The position numbers and the translations under genes were made by a program. DNA of 64,000 nucleotides. Source: an uncultured Christensenella sp. GTDB lineage: Bacteria > Bacillota > Clostridia > Christensenellales > UBA1242. The notes under the pieces are model-generated. The model was not told the DNA's origin. It searched no databases and worked only from the letters and a program-made list of their open reading frames with translations. The DNA lies in the NCBI GenBank assembly GCA_949290565.1, contig CASESH010000018.1, positions 1,585-65,584 on the forward strand, given 5' to 3'. Shown here piece by piece: positions 10,297-20,520 of the stretch (positions are counted from its first letter, which is position 1; each line of letters opens with the position of its first letter).

Positions 10297-12483
10297 TTAA
10301 CTTAAATTTTGAGGGTCATCTTCAACAAAAATTGAGACTTTATTTTGCTTACATTTATCGCAAATTTCATATATTTTTGGTATAATGGTTGCCTGATTTT
10401 TTTTATTTATTCTCATCATAATTTGGTACCTAAAATTCTTTTGAATTCTTTTCTTAGGACATTTCATAGCATGAAGATAAACAAAATCACTAGAATATGT
10501 TTGTTGCAAAAAATTAATCTCATCATATATGTTTTTTAGAACAATCTCGGCTTTTTCAAAATTTTCACTAATTACAAGCACCCTAAGAAGATGAACAAAA
10601 GGTGGAAATTTAGTTACTTCTCTAAGATTTATCTCACGTTTAAAAAAAGCCTTGTAATCATATGTGGAAGCATATCTATAAGCATAGTGCCTTGGGAAAT
10701 AAGTCTGTAAAACAACTTTACCCTCGCTATCACTTCTCCCAGCCCTACCAGCGACCTGAGTAATTAACTGAAAAGTCCTTTCTATTGCTCGATAGTCACT
10801 AAAATGTAAACTAACATCAGCATCAACTATTCCAACAAGCGTAACATTATTAAAGTCGTGCCCTTTTGCTATCATTTGAGTTCCAACTAAAATTGACGGG
10901 CTAGTGTTATTGAATTGCTCTAAAACCTCAGCATAACTATTTTTGTTTCTTGTCGTATCATTGTCAAGTCTAAATATCGGGACATCAAAAATCTTTTTTA
11001 ATTCATCAACAACTCTTTGTGTTCCAACTGCTCCGTATCTTATTGAACTACTTCCACATTTTGGACAAACAGTCATTTTTTTATATCTTTTATCACAGTA
11101 ATGACATTTTAGCATATCATCTTCTTTGTGATAAACTAGTGAAACATCACAGTCCTGACATTTTGGCACATAAGCACAATTATTACACATTATAAAAGAT
11201 GAATAGCCTCTACGATTTATAAAAATCATTGCTTGATTGTTTTGCGCTAAACAACTTTCTAGTTCTGCTATTAGGCGATAAGAAAAAATATTAATATTGC
11301 CCTTCATTGGTTCAAGCATCATATCAACAATTTCAATATTGGGCATCTGTTTTTGATTGGCCCTATCAGTTAGAGTTAAAAGTCTATACTCGCCTGTGCT
11401 AGCAAGATAATAACTCTCAACACTAGGCGTAGCACTTCCTAAAACAAGTGGGCAGTTATTAAGATAAGCAAGGTATTTTGCTACTTCGTGAGTGTGAAAT
11501 CTAGGATTGCTTTGACTAAAATAACTACTATCATGTTCTTCATCAATAATAATAATTCCTAAATCTTCAATAGGAGCAAAAATACATGACCTAGCACCGA
11601 TAGCAATTTTGGCCTGTTTGTTTTTTATTCTATTCCACTCATCAAACCTCTCCCCCTGAGATAAGTTAGAATGTAAAATTGCAACTGTATCACCAAAGGC
11701 GTTTCTAAATCTAGCGAACATTTGAGGAGTTAAAGAAATTTCTGGTACAAGCATAATTGCCGTCTTACCTTGTTTTAAAGCATTTTTTATACAATTTATG
11801 TAAACCTCTGTTTTGCCACTTCCTGTTACGCCGTGGAGTAAGTAAGTTGCATATTTTGATTTAGTAATTTTATCTACGGCTTCTTGTTGTTGCTTGTTTA
11901 AAACGATTTCTTTTTTCTTTACAGTAAAAGTTGACTTTGGTTTTCTATCCTCTTGAACGCTTTTTATAATTGCAAAACCTTTTTGTAAAACATTTTTTAA
12001 AGTAGATGAGGAGAATTCTTTTAATATTATCTCTTTTTTAACTTCTCCCCTTTCTTGTAAAAAGAGTAATAATCTTATCTGTTCTTTTGCCTTTTGACTC
12101 AAAACAGGAATTGATTGAAAGTTTGGTAAAACATACTCTATATACTTAGCCTTAACCTTACCACTTATCACAATAGGAGGTAGACATAATTTTATAACAT
12201 CTATTGCACGAAGATAAAAATTTTTCTTCATAAAAAAACACAGCCTTAGCATATTTTGAGTTAGCAAAGGTTGTGCTTCTTTAACTGAAACTATATCTTT
12301 TATTTTGTCCAAATCGTAATTAGAAGTCTCTTTGATATTAATTACAAAACCATCAACCTTTTTGCTACCAAACATAACGACTACTCTATGCCCAACTTTA
12401 ACATCCAAACCATCAGGTATAGAATAATCAAAAATTTTGTCTGTTGTGCTAGATGTAATATCAACTATAACTTCTGCAATCAT
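10297..12483 (-). CDS. priA: primosomal protein N' (replication restart helicase PriA)
   Basis: 728 aa. Walker A LLHGVTGSGKTEVY, DEEH box IIIDEEHDSSY, and the Cys-rich Zn-binding insert CNNCAYVPKCQDCDVSL..CHYCDK..CPKCGS. Confidence 0.93.
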   Translation of the reverse strand: MIAEVIVDITSSTTDKIFDYSIPDGLDVKVGHRVVVMFGSKKVDGFVINIKETSNYDLDKIKDIVSVKEAQPLLTQNMLRLCFFMKKNFYLRAIDVIKLCLPPIVISGKVKAKYIEYVLPNFQSIPVLSQKAKEQIRLLLFLQERGEVKKEIILKEFSSSTLKNVLQKGFAIIKSVQEDRKPKSTFTVKKKEIVLNKQQQEAVDKITKSKYATYLLHGVTGSGKTEVYINCIKNALKQGKTAIMLVPEISLTPQMFARFRNAFGDTVAILHSNLSQGERFDEWNRIKNKQAKIAIGARSCIFAPIEDLGIIIIDEEHDSSYFSQSNPRFHTHEVAKYLAYLNNCPLVLGSATPSVESYYLASTGEYRLLTLTDRANQKQMPNIEIVDMMLEPMKGNINIFSYRLIAELESCLAQNNQAMIFINRRGYSSFIMCNNCAYVPKCQDCDVSLVYHKEDDMLKCHYCDKRYKKMTVCPKCGSSSIRYGAVGTQRVVDELKKIFDVPIFRLDNDTTRNKNSYAEVLEQFNNTSPSILVGTQMIAKGHDFNNVTLVGIVDADVSLHFSDYRAIERTFQLITQVAGRAGRSDSEGKVVLQTYFPRHYAYRYASTYDYKAFFKREINLREVTKFPPFVHLLRVLVISENFEKAEIVLKNIYDEINFLQQTYSSDFVYLHAMKCPKKRIQKNFRYQIMMRINKKNQATIIPKIYEICDKCKQNKVSIFVEDDPQNLS

Positions 12484-12490
12484 ATAAAAC

Positions 12491-12763
12491 CTACTTATTA
12501 TCTAATTTTGTATCATCTACTTTTTCAGTTGCAATGTAGTTATTTACTTGATTGTCTTTTCCTGCCTTTTTAGGGTCAGTAATTACAATTTTACCTGCAT
12601 ACAACTCACGAGCAGCAATAGAAATTGCCTTTTCATCACTATGCTCAATATATTCTGGCATATCTTTTTCTAATTCCTTAGCCCTCTTTGCAACGATATT
12701 AGTTAAAATATATTCATTACCAGCAATCTTTTTTAATTCCTCAATAGGTGGATCAATCATCAT
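12491..12763 (-). CDS. rpoZ: DNA-directed RNA polymerase subunit omega
   Basis: DPPIEELKKIAGNEYILTNIVAKRAKEL matches the omega N-terminal helix motif. Sits upstream of priA as in Bacillus. The start is set to the ATG at 12763 (AAAGGA RBS upstream); the track uses TTG at 12772. Confidence 0.8.
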   Translation of the reverse strand: MMIDPPIEELKKIAGNEYILTNIVAKRAKELEKDMPEYIEHSDEKAISIAARELYAGKIVITDPKKAGKDNQVNNYIATEKVDDTKLDNK

Positions 12764-13027
12764 AATAATCAATGTCCTTTTAAATTTATTTCACTAGACT
12801 AGTCTAACACAAACAAACTCAATTTGCAAGAGATTATTTTACTATACAATAAATTTTATACTTAAATCAAACTCAGTTATAATAACTAAAAATAAAAGTA
12901 TTATATAATTAATAAGTTTATCTAATTGTGTTCTTTAAAAAAATATTAAATCACAAGCAAAAAAAGTATAAATTTTATCTGTTGTATAACCTTTAAAAAT
13001 TTAGTAAAAAGTAGATTTTACATATTT

Positions 13028-14986
13028 TTATAAATTTTTTACAAAGTCATCTTCATATAAAACTAAAATATTTAAAGCCCTTGCCTTATCAAGTTTACTG
13101 CCCGCATCACTACCACAAACAACGCAATCAGTATTTTTTGAAACGCTAGAAACCACTTCGCCACCCCTATCTTCGATAAGTTTGGTTGCCTGACTACGCT
13201 TATAGTTTTCTAAGGTACCTGTTAAAACAACTTTTTTATTGTAAAAGAAATTATTTAAATCAACTTCTTTTTTCTCTTGTTGTTCTATTGTGACACCACT
13301 ATCTAACAAATTTTGAATTTCCAACAAATTACTTTTAGATTTAAAAAAATCAACAATATTTTCAGCAATAACATTTCCTATGTCATTAATTTCGACTAAC
13401 TCATCAAAAGTAGCACACTTTAAGGCGTCTAAATTAGTAAATTTTTTTGCTAAATCCTTTGCTGTTTTTTCTCCTACTCCATCAATACCTAAGGCATCAA
13501 TAAAATTATTAAACTGACAATTTTTGCTTTTTTCAATACTATGCAATAGATTTGAAATTTTCTTATCTTTAAATCCCTCAATTCCTTCTAAATCACTTTT
13601 GCTTAATTTGTACAAATCACTTGCTTGTCTTATTAATTTAAGGTCAAACAAAGTAGTAATTATTTTATCGCTAAGTCCAACAATATTCATACAACTTTTT
13701 GAAGCAAAATAAGTTATTTTATTTATTTGTTTTTCCCTACAAAACTCATTTGTACAAAACAAATTAATTCCTATTTCTATCAACTTTTGATTGCAACTTG
13801 GGCAATGAGTTGGCTTTTGTATTTGTGTAGAATTGTCAAATTTTTGTGCTAATCCTAAAATTTCAGGTATAACCTCGTTACTTCTTCTAACAAAAACAAG
13901 ACTATTTAATAAGATGTTTTTTCTCTTTATATCATCGTAATTGTTTAATGTCGCCCTTGAAACAACTGCCCCCGCAAGTTCAATAGGTTCAATAATTCCA
14001 ATAGGATTTATTTTTCCCGTTCGTCCAACATTCCACTCTACTTTTTTTAACATACTAGTCATTTCAACGGGTGCAAATTTGTATGCAATCGCCCATTTAG
14101 GGAATTTGGTAGTATAGCCAATTTCTTCTCTCATAGCAAGATTATCAAGTTTAATTACAATTCCATCTATTAAAATATTTAATTTACTTTTTATCTTGTC
14201 AACTCTATCAATAATTTCTTTTATTTGCTCAGCCGTTTGACAAACCTCAAAAAGTTGTCCGGTCAAAAATTTATTTGCCTTTAAAAATTCCTGAACTTTT
14301 TGCTGACTGTCAATATGTTTATCATCAATGCTTATTATGTCATAAAAGACTACGTCTAAATTTCTCTTTGCAGTTACCTTTGGGTCCAAATTCCTTATTG
14401 CCCCAGCGACTGCATTTCTGGCATTCTTTAACTTTTCATCGGCAGTCTTATTGTACTTTGCCAAGTTTTCAAGAGTAATTATTCCCTCTCCTGCGACAGT
14501 CAAATCTCCCATATAATCAATTTTTAATGGAACAGATTTGATTGTTTTAACTTGTTCGGTTATTTCTTCTCCAACAATTCCATCTCCTCGGGTTGCAGCC
14601 TCGTACAATAAACCATTCTTGTACTTAACTATTACTCTTAAACCATCAAATTTGTACTCGACGGTAAATTTAGGATTTTTAACAAGAGACTCAATATCTA
14701 AAACAAACTTTTTAAGTCCTTGAATATCATTACATTTATTTAAACTATACAACTTTGTTTGGTGAACTACCTTCTTGTAATCTGGTAAAACTTCTCCACC
14801 AACACGTAATGTAGGCGAAGACGGTAAAACAGTATTAGTTGTTTGTTCAAGTTGGACGAGTTCATCATATAGTTTATCATAGTCATAGTCACTAACTGTT
14901 GGTTTGTCTAAAACATAATAATTATAGGCATACTCATTTAATTTATCAACAAGGAATTTCATTCTTTCCATTGTCTGTTCTTGCAT
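13028..14986 (-). CDS. ligA: NAD-dependent DNA ligase LigA
   Basis: 652 aa. Adenylation motif EYKFDGLRV, Zn finger CPSCNQKL..LFCTNEFC, HhH region, and C-terminal BRCT (KKVVLTGTL...). Confidence 0.95.
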   Translation of the reverse strand: MQEQTMERMKFLVDKLNEYAYNYYVLDKPTVSDYDYDKLYDELVQLEQTTNTVLPSSPTLRVGGEVLPDYKKVVHQTKLYSLNKCNDIQGLKKFVLDIESLVKNPKFTVEYKFDGLRVIVKYKNGLLYEAATRGDGIVGEEITEQVKTIKSVPLKIDYMGDLTVAGEGIITLENLAKYNKTADEKLKNARNAVAGAIRNLDPKVTAKRNLDVVFYDIISIDDKHIDSQQKVQEFLKANKFLTGQLFEVCQTAEQIKEIIDRVDKIKSKLNILIDGIVIKLDNLAMREEIGYTTKFPKWAIAYKFAPVEMTSMLKKVEWNVGRTGKINPIGIIEPIELAGAVVSRATLNNYDDIKRKNILLNSLVFVRRSNEVIPEILGLAQKFDNSTQIQKPTHCPSCNQKLIEIGINLFCTNEFCREKQINKITYFASKSCMNIVGLSDKIITTLFDLKLIRQASDLYKLSKSDLEGIEGFKDKKISNLLHSIEKSKNCQFNNFIDALGIDGVGEKTAKDLAKKFTNLDALKCATFDELVEINDIGNVIAENIVDFFKSKSNLLEIQNLLDSGVTIEQQEKKEVDLNNFFYNKKVVLTGTLENYKRSQATKLIEDRGGEVVSSVSKNTDCVVCGSDAGSKLDKARALNILVLYEDDFVKNL

Positions 14987-14989
14987 ATT

Positions 14990-17287
14990 TTAGTCCTCCA
15001 CAACTGTAATTGGTGCGTACTCGACTGAAAGCGTTTTTCTTCCAAAATTTTCAAATTCAATCGTAACGCATTTTGTAAGAGCAATACCCGTATTAATTGT
15101 AATTACACCCTTACCAAATTTAGGATGAGTTACAGTTTTTCCAACGGCATATTTTTTTTCAATCAACTCATCTTTTTTATTAACTAGCGAACTACCTTCA
15201 AGCGAAAAACTTGTCTTTTTAGAAAAAGTTGGAAATGAATTAACTTTGCTTTCACTTTGTCTGTTGTAAGTAGGTTTTGTAAATAAATAGGAATTATTAA
15301 AACTGCTAGCGTTATTATTATAATTATTGTAACCACCTGTGAAGTTATCAGCAATAAGTTCACATTCCTTTAAAAACCTAGAAGGAGTCATATACTCAGT
15401 TCTACCATACATAAAACGGCTATTAGCACTCGACAAAAATAATTTTTCTTTTGCTCGTGTAATTGCTACGAACATAAGCCTCCTTTCTTCCTCTAAGTCG
15501 CTAGAAGAAGAATATGCCCTTATTATAGGAAACATTTTTTCTTCTAACCCAATAACAAAAACAACTCTAAATTCCAACCCCTTAACAGCGTGAACAGTTG
15601 CCAAGGTAACAGTGTTATTTTTATCGTCATACATATCCATATCAGTTATCAAAGTTATAGATTGCAAAAATTCACTAACTGTGCTTTTTAGGTTGTTTTT
15701 GAAATATTCTTGTGCCAGCAATATAAAATTATCTATATTAAGTAATCTCGCTAAATCTTCCTCGCTACTAGTTGAATATATTGATTTAAAATTCACAGTT
15801 TGAACTAAATATTTAATAAATTCAATTCCATTAAGTTGGTCATATGCTTGATTTAGCAAAACGACTATATCTTTAAAAGGTTTTATCTTTTTTTCAATGG
15901 CGTTATCTAGTAAATATTCTTCTGAATTCAAAATTAAATTGTATGGAGTAGTGTTATGAAAAGTTGCAAGTTCAAGTAAAGTCTTTATAGTAGCCTCTCC
16001 AATCCCTCTTTTTGGAAAGTTTATAATTCTAGAAAAAGAGGTCGAATCGTATGGGTTTGAAAGCATTTTTAGATAGGCAACAAGATTTTTTATTTCTAAC
16101 CTATCAAAAAACTTATTTCCACCATATACTTTGTACGCTATGTTGTTATTTAAAAACTTTTCTTCAATAGGTGCTGTCATAGCATTCAACCTTGTTAGTA
16201 CCGCAAAATCACTATACTTATAGTTATCATAATTAACCATTCTTCTAATAGTGTTTGCAACAAACTCAGCCTCACTGAATTCATCTCTTGCCCTATAATA
16301 TAAGATGTCATCACCCATACTATTATCTGTCCACAAAATTTTGTCATTCCTTTGAGTGTTATTCTTTATGAGTTTATTTGCAAGGGTAAGAATTTTTTTT
16401 GTACTTCTATAATTTTGTTCAAGTTTTAAGAGTTTATAACCCGGAAAGTCTTTTTGAAAATCTCTTATGTTTTGAATGTTTGCCCCACGCCAAGAATAAA
16501 TACATTGGTCTTCATCTCCAACAACGAAAATATTTTTATGTTCAAGCGCAAGCAATCTAACAATTTGATATTGAATCTGGTTCGTGTCTTGAAATTCATC
16601 GACATGAATATACATAAACCTATTTTGATATCTCTTTAAAATGTCCGGGAATTCCATAAAAAGTTCATATGTTCTAATTAGCAGGTCGTCAAAATCAAGG
16701 GCGTTATTATTTGCTAAATAGTTCTGGTATGCAGAATAAACACTTGTAATTTCATCTATATTATCTTCGTATTGATTGAGTTTTTTATATTCCCAAGGAG
16801 AAAGATTTTTGTTTTTGGCATTTGAAATATGATAACTAACTTTTGAAGCAAAATTGTCAATTTTTATACCTAAATTTTCTATTACTGTTTTAATTGCCTT
16901 TTCTTTTTCACTGTCGGTATATATTGAAAAATTACTATCAAAATTAGCGCTATTATCTAGATTTTTTGATGATTTTAAACTCGATATATGTCGCCTTAAA
17001 ATCTTAACACACATAGAGTGAAATGTAGAAATCCATATATCTTGTGCCTCATCTCCAAGTAAATTAAAAAGTCTTTCTCTCATCTCATTTGTCGCCTTAT
17101 TAGTGAAAGTTATAGCAAGAATATTATAAGGACTAACTTGCAGGTTTTTTATTAAATATGCAACTCTATATGTAACTAATCTTGTCTTACCACTTCCAGC
17201 ACCGGCAAGCACCATAATCGCACCATTTATTTGTTTCAAAGCGTTTTCCTGAGCGCTGTTTAGTAAACTAAAATCTACTTCTTTCAC
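14990..17287 (-). CDS. pcrA: ATP-dependent DNA helicase PcrA (UvrD family)
   Basis: 765 aa with a GTG start after AAGGGGA. Motifs VLAGAGSGKTRLVTYR, IHVDEFQDTN, QNYRST and TVHAVKGLEF. The pcrA-ligA order matches Bacillus. Confidence 0.92.
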   Translation of the reverse strand: MKEVDFSLLNSAQENALKQINGAIMVLAGAGSGKTRLVTYRVAYLIKNLQVSPYNILAITFTNKATNEMRERLFNLLGDEAQDIWISTFHSMCVKILRRHISSLKSSKNLDNSANFDSNFSIYTDSEKEKAIKTVIENLGIKIDNFASKVSYHISNAKNKNLSPWEYKKLNQYEDNIDEITSVYSAYQNYLANNNALDFDDLLIRTYELFMEFPDILKRYQNRFMYIHVDEFQDTNQIQYQIVRLLALEHKNIFVVGDEDQCIYSWRGANIQNIRDFQKDFPGYKLLKLEQNYRSTKKILTLANKLIKNNTQRNDKILWTDNSMGDDILYYRARDEFSEAEFVANTIRRMVNYDNYKYSDFAVLTRLNAMTAPIEEKFLNNNIAYKVYGGNKFFDRLEIKNLVAYLKMLSNPYDSTSFSRIINFPKRGIGEATIKTLLELATFHNTTPYNLILNSEEYLLDNAIEKKIKPFKDIVVLLNQAYDQLNGIEFIKYLVQTVNFKSIYSTSSEEDLARLLNIDNFILLAQEYFKNNLKSTVSEFLQSITLITDMDMYDDKNNTVTLATVHAVKGLEFRVVFVIGLEEKMFPIIRAYSSSSDLEEERRLMFVAITRAKEKLFLSSANSRFMYGRTEYMTPSRFLKECELIADNFTGGYNNYNNNASSFNNSYLFTKPTYNRQSESKVNSFPTFSKKTSFSLEGSSLVNKKDELIEKKYAVGKTVTHPKFGKGVITINTGIALTKCVTIEFENFGRKTLSVEYAPITVVED

Positions 17288-17383
17288 TTTTTTTCCCCTT
17301 GTCTAACCGTAACCTCTACAATATAAAAATTATACATAAATAAGAAAAAAAAGCAACTAAACATTTATTGCTTACAATCTAAA

Positions 17384-17703
17384 TTATTCAAATAAATTAA
17401 TTATTATTTTATTTTGTCTTAAAGCATAATCATAGGCAATTTTTGTTCCACTTTTTGCAAACACAAATGTTTTATTCTTGCCTACTTTTTTGATTATAGT
17501 AATTTTTATTAAAGTAAAAAATACAAATGTCACTATTATCTATCATTGCTTTGTTTCTTTGTACATAACTTGCCTTGCTACCTACACTATTTGCTTTATA
17601 ATAGCAATCTTCTTCATATGTTATCAAATTAAATTCTTCACAAGGAGCAAATGATATTTTTTTCTGCAACAAATCTCTTTGACTTTAATGATTCAGAAGA
17701 CAT
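17384..17703 (-). pseudogene. fragmented SLOG/DUF1273-like (YpsA-type) gene remnant with two frameshifts in poly-A runs
   Basis: Three pieces in different frames: MSSESLKSKRFVAEKN (ATG at 17703), track ORF 17472..17672 (..ASYVQRNKAMIDNSDICIFYFNKNYYNQK), and GKNKTFVFAKSGTKIAYDYALRQNKIIINLFE* (stop at 17384). The frame changes coincide with an A7 run (about 17657-17663) and an A6 run (about 17486-17491). The joined product resembles only the C-terminal half of the family. Confidence 0.45.
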
Positions 17704-17952
17704 TTACTAAATCTAGATACTAAACTAAAATGTGTTAAAATTATTTTTAAATTTTCAATACTACATTATAAAAAAATAATTCATTTTTTAACATATTTAA
17801 TTATTATAAAATAAATTAGTATTATTTTTTTACATATTTAATTTACTATAAAATAAATTATTTAATTAAGGCCAAAAAAAATTGTATATTAAAATAAAAA
17901 AGTCAACCGTAAAAGTTGACTAAACTATTTTTAGTTCATTAAATTTTAAGAA

Positions 17953-18348
17953 TTATACAAAACTAAAAGCGTGTTCTTTATAGTATCTATTTCTTAAAAA
18001 CTTATACTTTTGTGTTAAATTATTTAAGTAAAATTGCTTAGCCTCAGTGTCAAGTGAACTAAACAAATCTTTATCAATAAGAGATAAAATTGGATTTTGA
18101 GTACAATTTGTTTCTATTAACTCGCAAACTCTTTTATACAAATCATCATCATAAGAAATTGACCTTTTGTAATCTTCCCTCTTTTTGCAACACACATCTC
18201 TATGCTCATAGATATATTTTGCAAATGAAGTGGCATTATCTATTGTAGTGCTTTTAAAATCTCTTGTATAATTATTGTTTTTAAGTCTTTCTTTCGCACT
18301 CTTTGCAAGTGAACAAATACTCCCTCTTTTACTCTCCTTGCTAATCAT
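17953..18348 (-). CDS. hypothetical protein
   Basis: 131-aa ORF with non-repetitive composition. An AAGGGAGG motif lies upstream but 14 nt away. No recognisable motif. Confidence 0.5.
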   Translation of the reverse strand: MISKESKRGSICSLAKSAKERLKNNNYTRDFKSTTIDNATSFAKYIYEHRDVCCKKREDYKRSISYDDDLYKRVCELIETNCTQNPILSLIDKDLFSSLDTEAKQFYLNNLTQKYKFLRNRYYKEHAFSFV

Positions 18349-18790
18349 TATAACACAAAAAACCTCCCTTAAAAATCACACGCAAAAACATTCAATATTA
18401 TACTGAATAATCATTAGTTTGCAACTTTTAACGAAAGAATAAAGTGTCTTTTTTTGATGAAAAAATAAATAAAATTAGAAATAAGATACACTTAAAATAT
18501 TAATGAATTTTTTTTATAAAAACTAAACAAAAAACAAAAAAATTGTAAATAAAATATAAAAAATTTACAACTAACATCTACAATTTATTAGAAAAAAATA
18601 AAAGAAAAGATACAAAAATAACAAAATTACAATTGTTTTATTATAGATAAATTTTTATTTGTTTATTCAAGATAAATTGAAATTAAATAAATTTTTCTTG
18701 TAAAGAAAGTAGAAAAACTAATTTATTTTAGTTAATTAATTTTAAAAATTTATTATTATAAAAGAAGTTATAATTTTTGTAATTAGAAAA

Positions 18791-18817
18791 TAAAAAAAGT
18801 CCTTTAAATTAGGACCT
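18791..18817 (-). terminator. Rho-independent terminator of rpsU
   Basis: Minus strand reads GGTCCT-aatttaa-AGGACT followed by TTTTTTT. It begins 6 nt after the rpsU stop. Confidence 0.65.
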
Positions 18818-18822
18818 TTATT

Positions 18823-18999
18823 TTACTTAAATCTTTTCTTTCTAGCATTTTCGCTTTTCTTCTTTCTAGCAACCGAAGGTTTTTCGTATGCTTCCTTTTT
18901 TCTTAAATCACCAATTATGCCATCTTTTTGACATTTTCTCTTAAATCTCTTAATAGCACTTTCAAGGCTTTCAGTTTCTCCAACCTTAACTGTTGACAT
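18823..18999 (-). CDS. rpsU: 30S ribosomal protein S21
   Basis: Not in the ORF track (58 aa). Own translation: [71 protein letters not shown] at about 19010-19019. Classic S21 sequence and Bacillus-like location near mtaB. Confidence 0.9.
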   Translation of the reverse strand: MSTVKVGETESLESAIKRFKRKCQKDGIIGDLRKKEAYEKPSVARKKKSENARKKRFK

Positions 19000-19222
19000 A
19001 CTCTATTTCACCTCCTTTACCAAAAGCAAATCTTTATTCATTATATTCAAAATTTTATATTTGTCAATCTTTTAAATTAAAAACAAGCAAAGAAAAGTAT
19101 AATTTTAAATATAAAATTACTTTTTATTTATTTAAAGAATTTAAATTATGTTAAATTCTTAGTTAAACAATTAAAAAATTATAATATACAATTTATATTA
19201 CAAAATTATTTAAGAAAATATT

Positions 19223-20467
19223 TTATTTTATTAACTCGCACCTTAATCCAGATTTATAAACATCTTTTGCAACGCAAGTTACAATTTGATTAGGTTTACC
19301 ACAAGGTAAGTAACATTTAATGTAATTTTGACTAAATCCCTCGTAAAAATCTCCTTCTTTCTTTTCAATCAGGACTTCAAAAGTTTTATTTAAGTTTGAT
19401 TTTAAATATTCAATTTTATTCTTTTGCACCACTTTTTTAAGCCTATCTTCTCTAAGTTTAATAATGTTACCATTAATTTGAGGCAATTTACTTGCCCTTG
19501 TGCCTTCTCTTGAAGAATAAGCAAAAAAGTGAACATTGCTAAATTTTACTTTATCAACAAAGTTAAGAGTAGTTTCAAAATCTTTTTCACTCTCGGTAGG
19601 ATAACCAACAATAATATCAGTTGTTATCGCAGGATTATCAAAGTAAGAACGTATCAAATTGACTTTTTGCAAGTATAACTCTGTAGTATAGTGCCTATTC
19701 ATATCTTTTAAAGTCTTATCGCAACCACTTTGTAAAGACAAATGAAAATGAGGACAAAAATTTTTCATACTAGAAACAATTTTTAAAAATTCATCATCAA
19801 TAATACTTACTTCCATACTACTAAGTCTTATTCTACAAGGTAAATCTTTAAGAGCATACAAGACCTTACCTATTGCTCTTTCTCCGTTAATTCTATAATC
19901 GCTAACATCAATACCTGTTAAGACAATTTCTTTGCAAGAGTTTGAAAGTATGGTTGCCTCTTTTACAATACTATCTAATTTCCTAGACCTACTAAAACCT
20001 CTAAGATACGGAATTAGACAGTAAGAACAATAATTATTACAACCATCTTGAATTTTTACATAGCCTCTTGTTCTAACATTAGTTGAAACAAAACCATCTT
20101 CATATTCCTTTAAGAGAGGACAAACTAGATTACCTTTTTCCTCAAAAAGTTGAGGGATTTTACTTTTATTAGTGTTTCCAATAACATTAACTACCTGCTT
20201 TTTATCTAAAAATTGTTCAGCGTTATGTTGACTTGCACACCCACAGACATAAATTTTTGCGTTTTTGTTTATTTTAATGATTTTAGCAATCATCTGCCTA
20301 CTCTTTTTCTCAGCCTCACTTGTAACAGCGCAAGTATTGACAATGTAAATGTCAGCAAAGCAAAGTTGTTGAGTAGTAAGATATTTTTCTTTTAAAACAT
20401 TTTGTAAACTATCAATTTCGTATTGATTTACCTTACAGCCCAAATTTAATAAACAAACTTTTTCCAT
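19223..20467 (-). CDS. mtaB: MiaB-like tRNA methylthiotransferase, probably MtaB (YqeV)
   Basis: 414 aa. MTTase N-domain (NLGCKVNQYE), radical-SAM GCNNYCSYCLIPYLRG, and a C-terminal TRAM-like domain. Follows rsmE as in the Bacillus yqeU-yqeV pair. MiaB versus MtaB cannot be separated by eye. Confidence 0.7.
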   Translation of the reverse strand: MEKVCLLNLGCKVNQYEIDSLQNVLKEKYLTTQQLCFADIYIVNTCAVTSEAEKKSRQMIAKIIKINKNAKIYVCGCASQHNAEQFLDKKQVVNVIGNTNKSKIPQLFEEKGNLVCPLLKEYEDGFVSTNVRTRGYVKIQDGCNNYCSYCLIPYLRGFSRSRKLDSIVKEATILSNSCKEIVLTGIDVSDYRINGERAIGKVLYALKDLPCRIRLSSMEVSIIDDEFLKIVSSMKNFCPHFHLSLQSGCDKTLKDMNRHYTTELYLQKVNLIRSYFDNPAITTDIIVGYPTESEKDFETTLNFVDKVKFSNVHFFAYSSREGTRASKLPQINGNIIKLREDRLKKVVQKNKIEYLKSNLNKTFEVLIEKKEGDFYEGFSQNYIKCYLPCGKPNQIVTCVAKDVYKSGLRCELIK

Positions 20468-20520
20468 TCTCTTTTCCTCTTTTAAAAGTCAACAAATAAA
20501 ATTAAATTCTTTAAAATAAA

